In this document: positions 8,713-16,505 of the stretch, one piece after another
How positions within the stretch are numbered: position 1 is the stretch's first letter
Layout of the letters: every line of letters begins with the position of its first letter
Assembly: GCF_000981785.2 (NCBI RefSeq)
Contig: NZ_CP011304.1
Location: forward strand, 2,670,001 to 2,702,000
DNA from: Microcystis aeruginosa NIES-2549
Lineage (GTDB): Bacteria > Cyanobacteriota > Cyanobacteriia > Cyanobacteriales > Microcystaceae
Length of the DNA stretch: 32,000 nucleotides
Direction of reading: 5' to 3'
Notes under the pieces: model-generated
The model's database searches: none
What the model was told of the DNA's origin: nothing
What the model saw: the letters and a program-made list of their open reading frames with translations, nothing else
Program-made: the position numbers and the translations under genes

Positions 8713-9759
8713 TTACGCTTTACTAACCGCAGATTCTAACATAGTAATCGTTCCCCGATTAGCATCAAATTCTACTGCAATGCCGATGGGAATAGTTTCA
8801 ATAATTTCCAAATGTCCGATCATTAAACCCAAACAAGCGGGAATTTTTAAGGGTTGGATATATTCTCGGATCACTTCTTCTAACGTCAAGGAACCATAGT
8901 CACTATTGGCGCTACAATTGCTACATTGACCGAAGATAAATCCAGCTAAATTATCGAAAATTCCCGCTAATTTTAATTGATTTAACAGGCGATCAATTTC
9001 ATAAACATCTTCACCAATATCTTCTAAAAATAGGATAGCTCCGGTAAAATCGGGTAGATAGGGAGAACCCGCGATCGAGGCTAAAGTGGTTAAATTACCG
9101 CCGATTAATTTACCTTTGGCTTGACCTTTAGTAATAGTTTGAATGCGATTTTTTACCTGCATTAAACGATTAGCATCATCGGGATCGGGAACATTTCTAA
9201 AAGTCAACTTTTCCCCAGAAAATAAAACTTGTCGAAAGCTTTCAGTTTGAGCGGTGCGCCAACTAGAAAAGCCATTGGGAGCATGGAAAGTAACTAAACC
9301 AGTTTTGGCATAAATAGCCAATAATAAGGAAGTTATATCACTAAAACCACAGATGATTTTAGGATGACGACGAATTAAATCGTAGTCGAGATAAGGTAAT
9401 AAACGAGCGCTTCCCCAACCGCCGCGAATTGGTAAAATTAAGGCAATAGTATCATCGGCAAAAAATTGATTTATATCCGACGCTCGCTCGCCATCTTTAC
9501 CAGCTAAATAACCATAACTATCTAAAGCGTATTGACCAACTTTTGGCACTAATTTTAGGGCTTTAACTGCTTCGATAACTATGTTCAAATCATCTTCTTT
9601 AAAAGTTGCCCCTGCCGGACTAATAATACCCACTCCGTCCCCCGGTTGTAAATGTGGTGGTCTAATTAGAGGAAAATTACTGCTAAAAACTTTTCTAGGA
9701 ATTAGGGAAAAACTAACAGCAGTTAGGGCAGTAGTAGTAAGAAATTGACGGCGCTTCAT
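8713..9759 (-). CDS. LD-carboxypeptidase (peptidase S66, LdcA-like) with a twin-arginine signal
   Basis: 348 aa with the nucleophile motif GFSDITSL and a C-terminal GHLE histidine region. The N-terminus is MKRRQFLTTTALTAVSF (RR-x-FL Tat pattern). Confidence 0.85.
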   Translation of the reverse strand: MKRRQFLTTTALTAVSFSLIPRKVFSSNFPLIRPPHLQPGDGVGIISPAGATFKEDDLNIVIEAVKALKLVPKVGQYALDSYGYLAGKDGERASDINQFFADDTIALILPIRGGWGSARLLPYLDYDLIRRHPKIICGFSDITSLLLAIYAKTGLVTFHAPNGFSSWRTAQTESFRQVLFSGEKLTFRNVPDPDDANRLMQVKNRIQTITKGQAKGKLIGGNLTTLASIAGSPYLPDFTGAILFLEDIGEDVYEIDRLLNQLKLAGIFDNLAGFIFGQCSNCSANSDYGSLTLEEVIREYIQPLKIPACLGLMIGHLEIIETIPIGIAVEFDANRGTITMLESAVSKA

Positions 9760-10008
9760 CCTGATAGTTTTTAGAGAAATTGCCAGGGAAATAAGAATTT
9801 AGGGATTAAGTAGATAGGTGTTAAAAATTGTCAGATACCCCCCTTATTAAGGGGGGATCGAGGGAAAAAAAGTTTTCACAATTGCCCCAGCTAAATCGAT
9901 TTTTCCCTCAATCCGCATCAAGATAGTTTCTAGGGAATAAGTAACCGTTTCTTGAGATTGATTCATTTGTTCAAGATCTTTTAGTTAATTGTTGCCCTAG
10001 AAAAGCAA

Positions 10009-10521
10009 TTATGCTTCCGATTTTGCCATATCGCGAATGATATCGCCGCGAGTGATAATACCGATTACTTTGTGGGTTTCTTCCTCAATCACTGGCAAAC
10101 GACGCACATGACGATCATACATTAACGAGGCCGCTTCTTTCAAAGGGCGATCAGCTGTGATACTAATAGGTTTATCGGTCATTACTTCCCCCACGGTTTG
10201 ACCGAGAGCTTTATGGAGCAATTTCTCGTGACGGCTAGGATTTTGTAGATAGATGACGCTATCGAGGAGCATAATGTAAGGAGGAGCTTCTACTCCCGTT
10301 TCCTGCCACATAAGGTCAGTTTCGGAGATAACCCCAATCAGTCGCATCTTGTCATCCACCACGGGTAAACCGCTAAACCGCTTTTCGGCCAAAATCTTCA
10401 CTGCTTCCGACAGAGAAGTGTTAGCGGTGACGGTGATGGGATTGGGAGTCATGATATCGGCAACTGTTTTCGTCATCTTAGCGACCTGCGACAATAATGC
10501 TTTCTCTCTCCATCTTATCAT
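10009..10521 (-). CDS. CBS-pair domain protein (the true start is probably ATG at 10476, MTKTVADIMT)
   Basis: Two CBS repeats are visible (VADIMTPNPITV...GLPVVD...GVISETDL and VGEVMTDKPISI...RLPVIE...GIITRGDI). Confidence 0.88.
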   Translation of the reverse strand: MIRWREKALLSQVAKMTKTVADIMTPNPITVTANTSLSEAVKILAEKRFSGLPVVDDKMRLIGVISETDLMWQETGVEAPPYIMLLDSVIYLQNPSRHEKLLHKALGQTVGEVMTDKPISITADRPLKEAASLMYDRHVRRLPVIEEETHKVIGIITRGDIIRDMAKSEA

Positions 10522-10637
10522 TAGGGTAATCAGTCACCGCTTAATTATGACTATTCTTCAATCTTCGGGCGAGAAAATGGTATAAGATAAAAAGGACATG
10601 GGATATTAATTTAGTTAGTTGACAAGGAAAAATAAAA

Positions 10638-11204
10638 ATGATTGCTCAACCTCAATACCCAGAAAGAATGACCCCAGAAGAGTATCTAGAATGGGAAGCT
10701 ACCCAGTCCGGTCGCCATGAATATATTGATGGGGAAATTATCGCCATGACTGGGGGTAGTCTGCCCCATAATGATATTACCTTGAATTTTTACAGAACTT
10801 TATATTCTCATCTCCGTCCGCGAGGCTGTCGGGTGAATGTATCTGATGTGAAAGTACAAGCTAATAATAGTCGTTATTTTTATACCGATTTAGTGATTAG
10901 TTGCGATTCTAGGGATAGAGAATCTCGTAATTTTATTCAACATCCACAAGTAATTATTGAAGTGCTTTCCCCTAGCACAGGCAACTATGATCGCACTAAA
11001 AAGTTACAATATTATCGTCAGATTGCCAGTTTACAAGAATACGTTTTAGTCGATCCCGAATCGATCAGTGTTGAGGTTTATCGTCGCGGTGAAGATAAAA
11101 TTTGGTTTTACTGCGCTTATAGTCAAGGAGAAGAAATTATTCTATCTAGTCTCGATTTTCACTGTGCGATCGAGTTAATCTATGAAGGGATAAGTTTCGA
11201 TTAA
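10638..11204 (+). CDS. Uma2 family (DUF820) restriction-endonuclease-fold protein, paralog 1
   Basis: 188 aa with MTPEEYLEWE...RHEYIDGEIIAMTGGS...H and a later D...EVLSPST (PD-(D/E)xK-like) pattern typical of cyanobacterial Uma2 proteins. Confidence 0.85.
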   Translation: MIAQPQYPERMTPEEYLEWEATQSGRHEYIDGEIIAMTGGSLPHNDITLNFYRTLYSHLRPRGCRVNVSDVKVQANNSRYFYTDLVISCDSRDRESRNFIQHPQVIIEVLSPSTGNYDRTKKLQYYRQIASLQEYVLVDPESISVEVYRRGEDKIWFYCAYSQGEEIILSSLDFHCAIELIYEGISFD

Positions 11205-11275
11205 AGAAAGTTTACAAAAAGGTCAAACCTTCCTAGACTTAAAATAAATACGTCCCGATTGTTTCGATAAATTCT

Positions 11276-12124
11276 ATGTTACCGCCCCTATTAGTCCTTG
11301 ATCCCTTGTTAGAAAACTGGTTACGAGAAGATCTCGGTAGAGGCGATCGCACCACCCAAGCAATTTTCTTCGGTCATGCTAAAATCGGTCAAGCCACTTG
11401 GATTGCCAAGGAAGCGGGAGTTATTGCCGGTTTACCCGTAGCTGAACGAGTTTTTCAACTGCTTAACCCCACTATTCACTTTACCCCCACCGTTGCCGAG
11501 GGGGAATTCTGCCCGAAGTCTAAAGTTATTGCCGAGATAGAAGGTTCCTTCGATGCGCTGTTAATCGGGGAAAGAGTCGCTTTAAATCTTGCCATGCGCT
11601 TGAGTGGGATTGCTAGTGAAACTCGCAAATATGTGGATAAAATTGCCGATTTATCGACAAGATTGGTGGATACTCGCAAAACTACCCCCGGATTGCGAAT
11701 TTTAGAAAAATATGCCTCCGGTATCGGTGGCGCTATTAACCATCGTTTGGGGTTAGATGATGCAATTATGATTAAAGATAATCATATTCAAGCTGCCGGC
11801 AGCATCGAGGAAGCAGTGCGTCGTGTACGGCAAAATATGCCCTATCCTCTCACAATTGAGGTAGAAACCAGCCAATTAGAAGAAGTGAATCAGGCCCTAC
11901 AGCAGCAGGTAGAGATCATTATGTTAGATAATATGGATTTAGAGATGATGCAAACTGCTGTGGAGATGATCCGCAATTTTAATAGTAAAACCAAAATAGA
12001 AGCATCGGGAAATATTACCCTCGATCGCATTCGCAACGTTGCCGAAACAGGAGTAGATTATATTTCTACTAGCGCCCCGATTACCCGTTCTACTTGGTTA
12101 GATATTAGTATGAAAATTGATTAA
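11276..12124 (+). CDS. nadC: Nicotinate-nucleotide pyrophosphorylase (quinolinate phosphoribosyltransferase)
   Basis: 282 aa with WLREDLGRGDRTT, LVDTRKTTPGLR, IMIKDNHI, IMLDNM and ASGNIT. Confidence 0.95.
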   Translation: MLPPLLVLDPLLENWLREDLGRGDRTTQAIFFGHAKIGQATWIAKEAGVIAGLPVAERVFQLLNPTIHFTPTVAEGEFCPKSKVIAEIEGSFDALLIGERVALNLAMRLSGIASETRKYVDKIADLSTRLVDTRKTTPGLRILEKYASGIGGAINHRLGLDDAIMIKDNHIQAAGSIEEAVRRVRQNMPYPLTIEVETSQLEEVNQALQQQVEIIMLDNMDLEMMQTAVEMIRNFNSKTKIEASGNITLDRIRNVAETGVDYISTSAPITRSTWLDISMKID

Positions 12125-12131
12125 AAGGCTA

Positions 12132-12168
12132 TATCAGTTATCAGTTATCAGTTATCAGTTATCAGTTA
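12132..12168. repeat. Heptamer array (TATCAGT = CAGTTAT family), 5 units, between the convergent nadC and DUF62 genes
   Basis: Read directly. It starts 8 nt after the nadC stop and ends about 10 nt before the stop of the minus-strand gene. Confidence 0.9.
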
Positions 12169-12178
12169 TCAGTTTTGA

Positions 12179-13000
12179 TCACTGACTCCTATCTATTCTA
12201 ACCTCGATCGCATCGCCAATATTTAGGTCTAATTGCCTTTGAGCGCTGCCAGTATTGACGGCAACTTCTAACCCCCCGTGACTACCGATAAAAGCGACTA
12301 TTTCCCCCGAAGGAACATCACTGTAGGTGTTTTTTGTGGGGATAATTTTTGGACCCAACTGCACTGACCAATTTTTTCCCTCTAGGAGATAATCGGGAAT
12401 ATTGCTGATTAAATTGCCGAAAATGTCAATATATTGAATTTGACCCCTAATTTTATCTTCCTCGATTTGCGGAACAGCGATCGCTAATTGTTGCAAGCTA
12501 TCGGGATCAATAATCTCACCCAACATTTCTAGGGGTACTCCCCGGGCCAAATAAGCGGCCACAGCAGCAAAAATATCACGACCGTGAAAAGTAGTGCTAG
12601 GGTTAGGGGTGCGCCAATAGGAAGAATTATCGAGATTAACGGCAGATATAGCGGGAGATTGACTTAAAATGCCACTAAATAAACCATTATCTGGACCAAC
12701 TAAATAACCACCGGCAAAACGAATCCCTACCCCGCGTCTTTTGCTTCCTACCCCCGGATCTATAACTGCCAGATGAATAGTGCCTTGGGGAAAATACTGA
12801 TAGGCATTCAGGAGAATAAAACGACCAGCGTAGAGGTCTTGGGGCGAAATTTGATGATTAAGATCGATCGTGCGAGCATGGGGGGCAATTTCTGCGATTA
12901 CTCCCTTGATCATGCCTACATAACCGTCCTGTAGTCCAAAATCGCTAGTAAGGGTTATTAGTGCCTGTTCCGTCATTAGACTTGTCACTATGGTGGCCAA
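12179..13000 (-). CDS. SAM hydrolase / SAM-dependent halogenase family protein (DUF62)
   Basis: 273 aa with ITLTSDFGLQDGYVGMIKGVI, VIDPGVG and FHGRDIFA, as in DUF62 proteins. The start may be the internal MTEQ. Confidence 0.85.
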   Translation of the reverse strand: MATIVTSLMTEQALITLTSDFGLQDGYVGMIKGVIAEIAPHARTIDLNHQISPQDLYAGRFILLNAYQYFPQGTIHLAVIDPGVGSKRRGVGIRFAGGYLVGPDNGLFSGILSQSPAISAVNLDNSSYWRTPNPSTTFHGRDIFAAVAAYLARGVPLEMLGEIIDPDSLQQLAIAVPQIEEDKIRGQIQYIDIFGNLISNIPDYLLEGKNWSVQLGPKIIPTKNTYSDVPSGEIVAFIGSHGGLEVAVNTGSAQRQLDLNIGDAIEVRIDRSQ

Positions 13001-13030
13001 CAGCTTTAATAAATCTTAACGCTAAATTCG

Positions 13031-13044
13031 GTAACTAAAGATAC
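13031..13044. promoter_or_regulatory. NtcA-type binding site candidate GTA-N8-TAC
   Basis: GTAACTAAAGATAC is a perfect match to GTA-N8-TAC. A TAN3T-type box, TATGAT, lies at 13064-13069 (19 nt downstream, slightly short of the usual ~22). It sits between the divergent DUF62 gene and the small ORF at 13112. Confidence 0.4.
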
Positions 13045-13111
13045 AGTTTACTAAGGAGAATGTTATGATTTAGATATAAGGTAAGTTAAGTCGCTCAAAA
13101 GTCTGTCCATC

Positions 13112-13273
13112 ATGAACAAAAATCGTCAGCAAGTCCTAACACAGGCCACCGTCGCTCATAGAGAAACACTCCGCAGAAATTTGCAACACCGACTGGAAGT
13201 AGCTAGAGCGCAGGGAAATGAAGCTTTAGTACGTCAATTGGAAGCAGAGGCGGCCTATTTGCACCTTCGTTAG
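13112..13273 (+). CDS. 53-aa Arg-rich helical protein, possibly PirA-like (PII-interacting regulator family). Absent from the ORF track.
   Basis: Hand translation gives MNKNRQQVLTQATVAHRETLRRNLQHRLEVARAQGNEALVRQLEAEAAYLHLR*. From memory it resembles small conserved cyanobacterial proteins of the Ssr0692/PirA type. I have not aligned it. Confidence 0.45.
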   Translation: MNKNRQQVLTQATVAHRETLRRNLQHRLEVARAQGNEALVRQLEAEAAYLHLR

Positions 13274-13428
13274 ATTTAATCGGTGTTTAGTCATAGTCTA
13301 GTTGTCGGTTTTTGGTGATCGGTATGCCGGTCACTTTTTTTTAGGCGAATTTTTAGGAAAAAAATTGCTGATATCTCCACTGGCAATCCCTAAAATAGAA
13401 AGAACAGCAGTTTACAGATCAAATAATT

Positions 13429-13593
13429 ATGGCTTTTTTCCGGCAATATATCGCCCCGCTCCTGACTATCTTAGTGTTTTTAGTTGCTCTGGTTGCCACC
13501 GGCATCCGGATTTTTTTACCGGCAGATTTAGCCGCACCCGCTCCGATCGAGCCATCCCTGGGCATAATTTTCTCTTATCCTTGGCATGGCTAA
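13429..13593 (+). CDS. 54-aa single-TM peptide whose stop overlaps the GNAT start (ATGGCTAA)
   Basis: Hand translation gives MAFFRQYIAPLLTILVFLVALVATGIRIFLPADLAAPAPIEPSLGIIFSYPWHG*. The hydrophobic core is aa 9-30. It is a better coding candidate than the overlapping track ORF 13302-13649. Confidence 0.4.
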   Translation: MAFFRQYIAPLLTILVFLVALVATGIRIFLPADLAAPAPIEPSLGIIFSYPWHG

Positions 13594-14041
13594 CCTTCCC
13601 GAAAATTATCAGCTGCGACTGGGAAAACCCAGCGATCGCTATCTACTAATTAATTTTCTCACCCGCAGCTATCAAGAATTTTTTCCCGAACAAAAAAACC
13701 TCTCCCATCTAGCTGATACAGTCAGACAGTTTTTTGGCCTCGATACTCCCCTGTGGATCGTCGAAGGGCAGCAAACAGCGATCGCTTGTCTCTGGATGGG
13801 GAGTGCCGTCGATCAGGTGACAGGCGATCGCTATGGTCATATTTTCCTAATTTACGTCGATCCCCAGCATCGTCGCCAAGGTATCGCCAGCGCACTAATC
13901 GATCGAGCTAAGGATTGGGCAAAAAGTCGCGGACAAACCCGCATCGGCTTACAAGTCTTCATCAATAACGACAATGCTCTCAATCTCTACCAAAATCTCG
14001 GCTTTCAAACTCGATCTTTGCTGATGTGGAAAAATATTTAA
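13586..14041 (+). CDS. GNAT family N-acetyltransferase
   Basis: 151 aa with the acetyl-CoA motif HRRQGIASALI followed by NDNALNLYQNLGF. Confidence 0.9.
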   Translation: MANLPENYQLRLGKPSDRYLLINFLTRSYQEFFPEQKNLSHLADTVRQFFGLDTPLWIVEGQQTAIACLWMGSAVDQVTGDRYGHIFLIYVDPQHRRQGIASALIDRAKDWAKSRGQTRIGLQVFINNDNALNLYQNLGFQTRSLLMWKNI

Positions 14042-14042
14042 A

Positions 14043-14088
14043 AACTGTTATCAGTCAGGAGATAGGAGTCAGGAGACAGGAGGCAGCT
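14043..14088. repeat. Heptamer array of purine-rich units (GTCAGGA GATAGGA GTCAGGA GACAGGA GGCAGCT), preceded by one CTGTTATCAG unit
   Basis: Read directly. It begins 2 nt after the GNAT stop. Confidence 0.8.
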
Positions 14089-14095
14089 TTACTCT

Positions 14096-14193
14096 CCCCA
14101 CACCCCACACCCCACACCCCACTTCCCACTTCCCACACCCCACACCCCACACCCCACACCCCACACCCCACTTCCCACTTCCCACTTCCCCAG
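14096..14193. repeat. 14-unit heptamer array mixing CCCCACA with CCCCACT/TCCCACT (STRR-like)
   Basis: Hand-parsed units: 3x CCCCACA, CCCCACT, TCCCACT, TCCCACA, 4x CCCCACA, CCCCACT, 2x TCCCACT, TCCCCAG. Confidence 0.9.
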
Positions 14194-14352
14194 ATATACC
14201 TATAGAGATGGCACTGTCAGCATTAATTATTCCCGATCAAGCCACAAAGGTTAAAATTTGAGAAACACTGGAATACACTGGCAGTCATCGTGGGTAAAAA
14301 CACGCTATTTTATTAACCTATACTAATCGCGCTTTAGGAGTAAGCAGTTTTC

Positions 14353-16359
14353 ATGGATTCCGTGACAACCCTCCAATGTCAAAACCTAACCTGTCTATCC
14401 CCGAACGCTCTCACTAATAGATTCTGTGAAAAATGCGGCACTCCTTTAGTTAAGCGCTATTTATGGATGATGGGTGATTGGGTGAGAACCTATTATCGTG
14501 TTGGCGAGCTAATTGATGATCGTTATTTGGTCAAACAACCACAAATTGTTCTTGATACTAAACCCGCTCAAGCACCCCAAGCGCCGGACGAACCTCCTAG
14601 CTGGATTTCCCTCTACCTAAAATTGTTACCCTTCCATCTCCACATTCCCCAAGTCTATGGCTATATTCCCAGTCCCGATGAACGCTTAAATATGGACATC
14701 TGGCTGTTAGAATACGGCACTATTCCCCTCGACGAAACAGGAGAATTAATTTATCCAGAACTATTGCCCACTCTGGCCGAGGTTTGGTCGCAGGCTTCCG
14801 ATTTAAGGCAAATTCACTGGTTATGGCAAATGGCCAAACTTTGGCATCCCCTCCAGAAAAAAGCTGTGGTTTCTAGTCTGCTTAACCCTTCTCTGACAAG
14901 AGTGAATAATCAGCTGCTGCAATTGCTAGAATTAAGCAAAGACGAGGCCACCGCTCCCAATTTACGAGATTTAGGGACCCTGTGGGCCGGTCTGATCCCG
15001 ACGGCAGCTGCTAATATTCAAGATTTTCTCACATCCCTAACCCAAGAGCTAGAATCCGGTGATCTCGATCGCCCGGAATCCCTGATCACTATTCTCGATT
15101 ATGCACTACAGCACTACGGTAGAGGTCAAGAACGCACCTATGAGATTTTTACCTGCACCGATACCGGTCCGCTGCGGGAACACAACGAGGATGCCTGTTA
15201 TCCCCCAGCTAATCAGGCCATAACCCTGTCTAATGGTCAAAATCCCCTGGCGATTGTCTGTGATGGCATCGGCGGTCAAGAAGGGGGCGAAATCGCTGCT
15301 CAATTGGCGATCAAAACCCTGCCTAGGGAAATTAATCGCAGTCCCACGAGCGATATTGAATTCTATCCCGATAGTCACAGTCTTGTCCTCGAACAGGCGA
15401 TTCGTGTCACCAATGATCTGATCAGTCAACGCAATGATCAGGAGTTGAGACAAGATCGTCGGCGCATGGGTACTACTCTAGTCATGGCCTTTGGCCAGGC
15501 CCAAGAAATGTACGCGGCCCATGTGGGGGATTCCCGCATCTATTGGATTACTACCCACAGTTGTCATCAAGTGACGGTAGATGATGATCTCGCTGACCGG
15601 GAAGTGAAATTAGGCTATCTCCTCTATCGTGATGCCATACAGTATCCCAACGCGGGGGCCTTGGTGCAAGCTTTGGGGATGAGTAGCGCCAATAATCTCC
15701 ATCCCACCGTTCAGAGGTTGATTGTTGATCAAGATTGTGTTTTTCTGCTCTGTTCCGATGGTTTAAGTGATTATGATCGGGTAGAACAATACTGGGACAT
15801 TGAAATTCTGCCTCTTTTGCGGGGAGAGAAAAGCGTGACGGCCGTGGGGGAAAGTTTATTACAACTAGCTAACCAGAAAAACGGTCACGATAACTCCACC
15901 ATCGCCCTAGTTTATTGTCGGGTAGTTCCTGCGGCTGAAACTGTCAGTCCTTTAGTTTATGCTCAGGCCAAAGAACGAATTATTCCCGATCTTGATGACC
16001 AAGATTTTGATCACAGCGGGGACACCTACCCCGGGGAAGAAGTGGTGACGGCAATACCCACTCCCCCCCCCGTATCTTCTTCGGTTCCTAGTCCTACCCC
16101 TCCCCCTCCACCCGCACCCACTACCGTTTCACCCCTAGGGGTGGTAGCGATCGCCGTCGGTGTTCTCGGTTTGCTGGCTGCGATCGCTTGGCAATTCCTG
16201 AGTCGTGATCCCGCTTCCAATCCATCGATTTCTCCCGCACCTGTCACCAGTCCCACTCCAGTGAAGACACCCCCCGCACCCGTTACTGGTCCCACGACCG
16301 GGACGACACCTTCCGCACCCGTTACTGGTCCTAGTCCCCCCAATGCTTCCCCTAACTAG
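14353..16359 (+). CDS. PP2C (PPM) Ser/Thr phosphatase with an N-terminal Cys4 zinc ribbon, a ~240-aa unassigned middle region, and a C-terminal Pro-rich / TM / Pro-rich tail
   Basis: CQNLTC..(12 aa)..CEKC at aa 9-29. PPM motifs are REHNEDA, VCDGIGGQEGG, GTTLV, HVGDSRIY, LLCSDGLSD and GHDNST. The TM segment is LGVVAIAVGVLGLLAAIAWQFL. Confidence 0.9.
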   Translation: MDSVTTLQCQNLTCLSPNALTNRFCEKCGTPLVKRYLWMMGDWVRTYYRVGELIDDRYLVKQPQIVLDTKPAQAPQAPDEPPSWISLYLKLLPFHLHIPQVYGYIPSPDERLNMDIWLLEYGTIPLDETGELIYPELLPTLAEVWSQASDLRQIHWLWQMAKLWHPLQKKAVVSSLLNPSLTRVNNQLLQLLELSKDEATAPNLRDLGTLWAGLIPTAAANIQDFLTSLTQELESGDLDRPESLITILDYALQHYGRGQERTYEIFTCTDTGPLREHNEDACYPPANQAITLSNGQNPLAIVCDGIGGQEGGEIAAQLAIKTLPREINRSPTSDIEFYPDSHSLVLEQAIRVTNDLISQRNDQELRQDRRRMGTTLVMAFGQAQEMYAAHVGDSRIYWITTHSCHQVTVDDDLADREVKLGYLLYRDAIQYPNAGALVQALGMSSANNLHPTVQRLIVDQDCVFLLCSDGLSDYDRVEQYWDIEILPLLRGEKSVTAVGESLLQLANQKNGHDNSTIALVYCRVVPAAETVSPLVYAQAKERIIPDLDDQDFDHSGDTYPGEEVVTAIPTPPPVSSSVPSPTPPPPPAPTTVSPLGVVAIAVGVLGLLAAIAWQFLSRDPASNPSISPAPVTSPTPVKTPPAPVTGPTTGTTPSAPVTGPSPPNASPN

Positions 16360-16425
16360 GGTTGGCTGAAAAAGTTTTTCGTGGGGACAGGGTGTGGGGT
16401 GTGGGGTGTGGGGTGTGGGGTTTGA
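16357..16425. mobile_element. MITE copy C (one end only: TA-GGGTTGGCTGAAAAAGTTTTTCG plus 4 GGTGTGG units)
   Basis: It aligns with the reverse complement of 386-444. The TA at 16357-16358 plus the first G of the element form the PP2C stop codon TAG. Confidence 0.6.
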
Positions 16426-16505
16426 CCTGACGATTGATCGGCTTGTCGGGGGTTGCCAGAGCGAGTTAAGATAAAATGCCTGATTAACTGCCGAGTCTAT
16501 CATAT

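Noticed and set aside
9847-9966. 39-aa minus-strand ORF MNQSQETVTYSLETILMRIEGKIDLAGAIVKTFFPSIPP between the ldcA and CBS genes
   Set aside because: The N-terminus vaguely resembles the start of small coiled-coil cyanobacterial proteins, but the frame ends inside a CCCCCCTTA/TAAGGGGGG hairpin (9838-9856). It is too short to support and is probably a gene remnant.
13302-13649. 115-aa track ORF upstream of, and overlapping, the GNAT gene
   Set aside because: It has a non-ATG start, an odd composition (runs of F/R/S, several Cys) and overlaps the GNAT start by 64 nt. The 54-aa TM frame at 13429-13593 explains the region better.
16026-16503. Minus-strand ORFs 16026-16343 and 16135-16503
   Set aside because: These Gly-rich frames are the antisense image of the Pro-rich PP2C tail and of the GGTGTGG heptamers of the MITE. 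They are an artefact of repeat composition.
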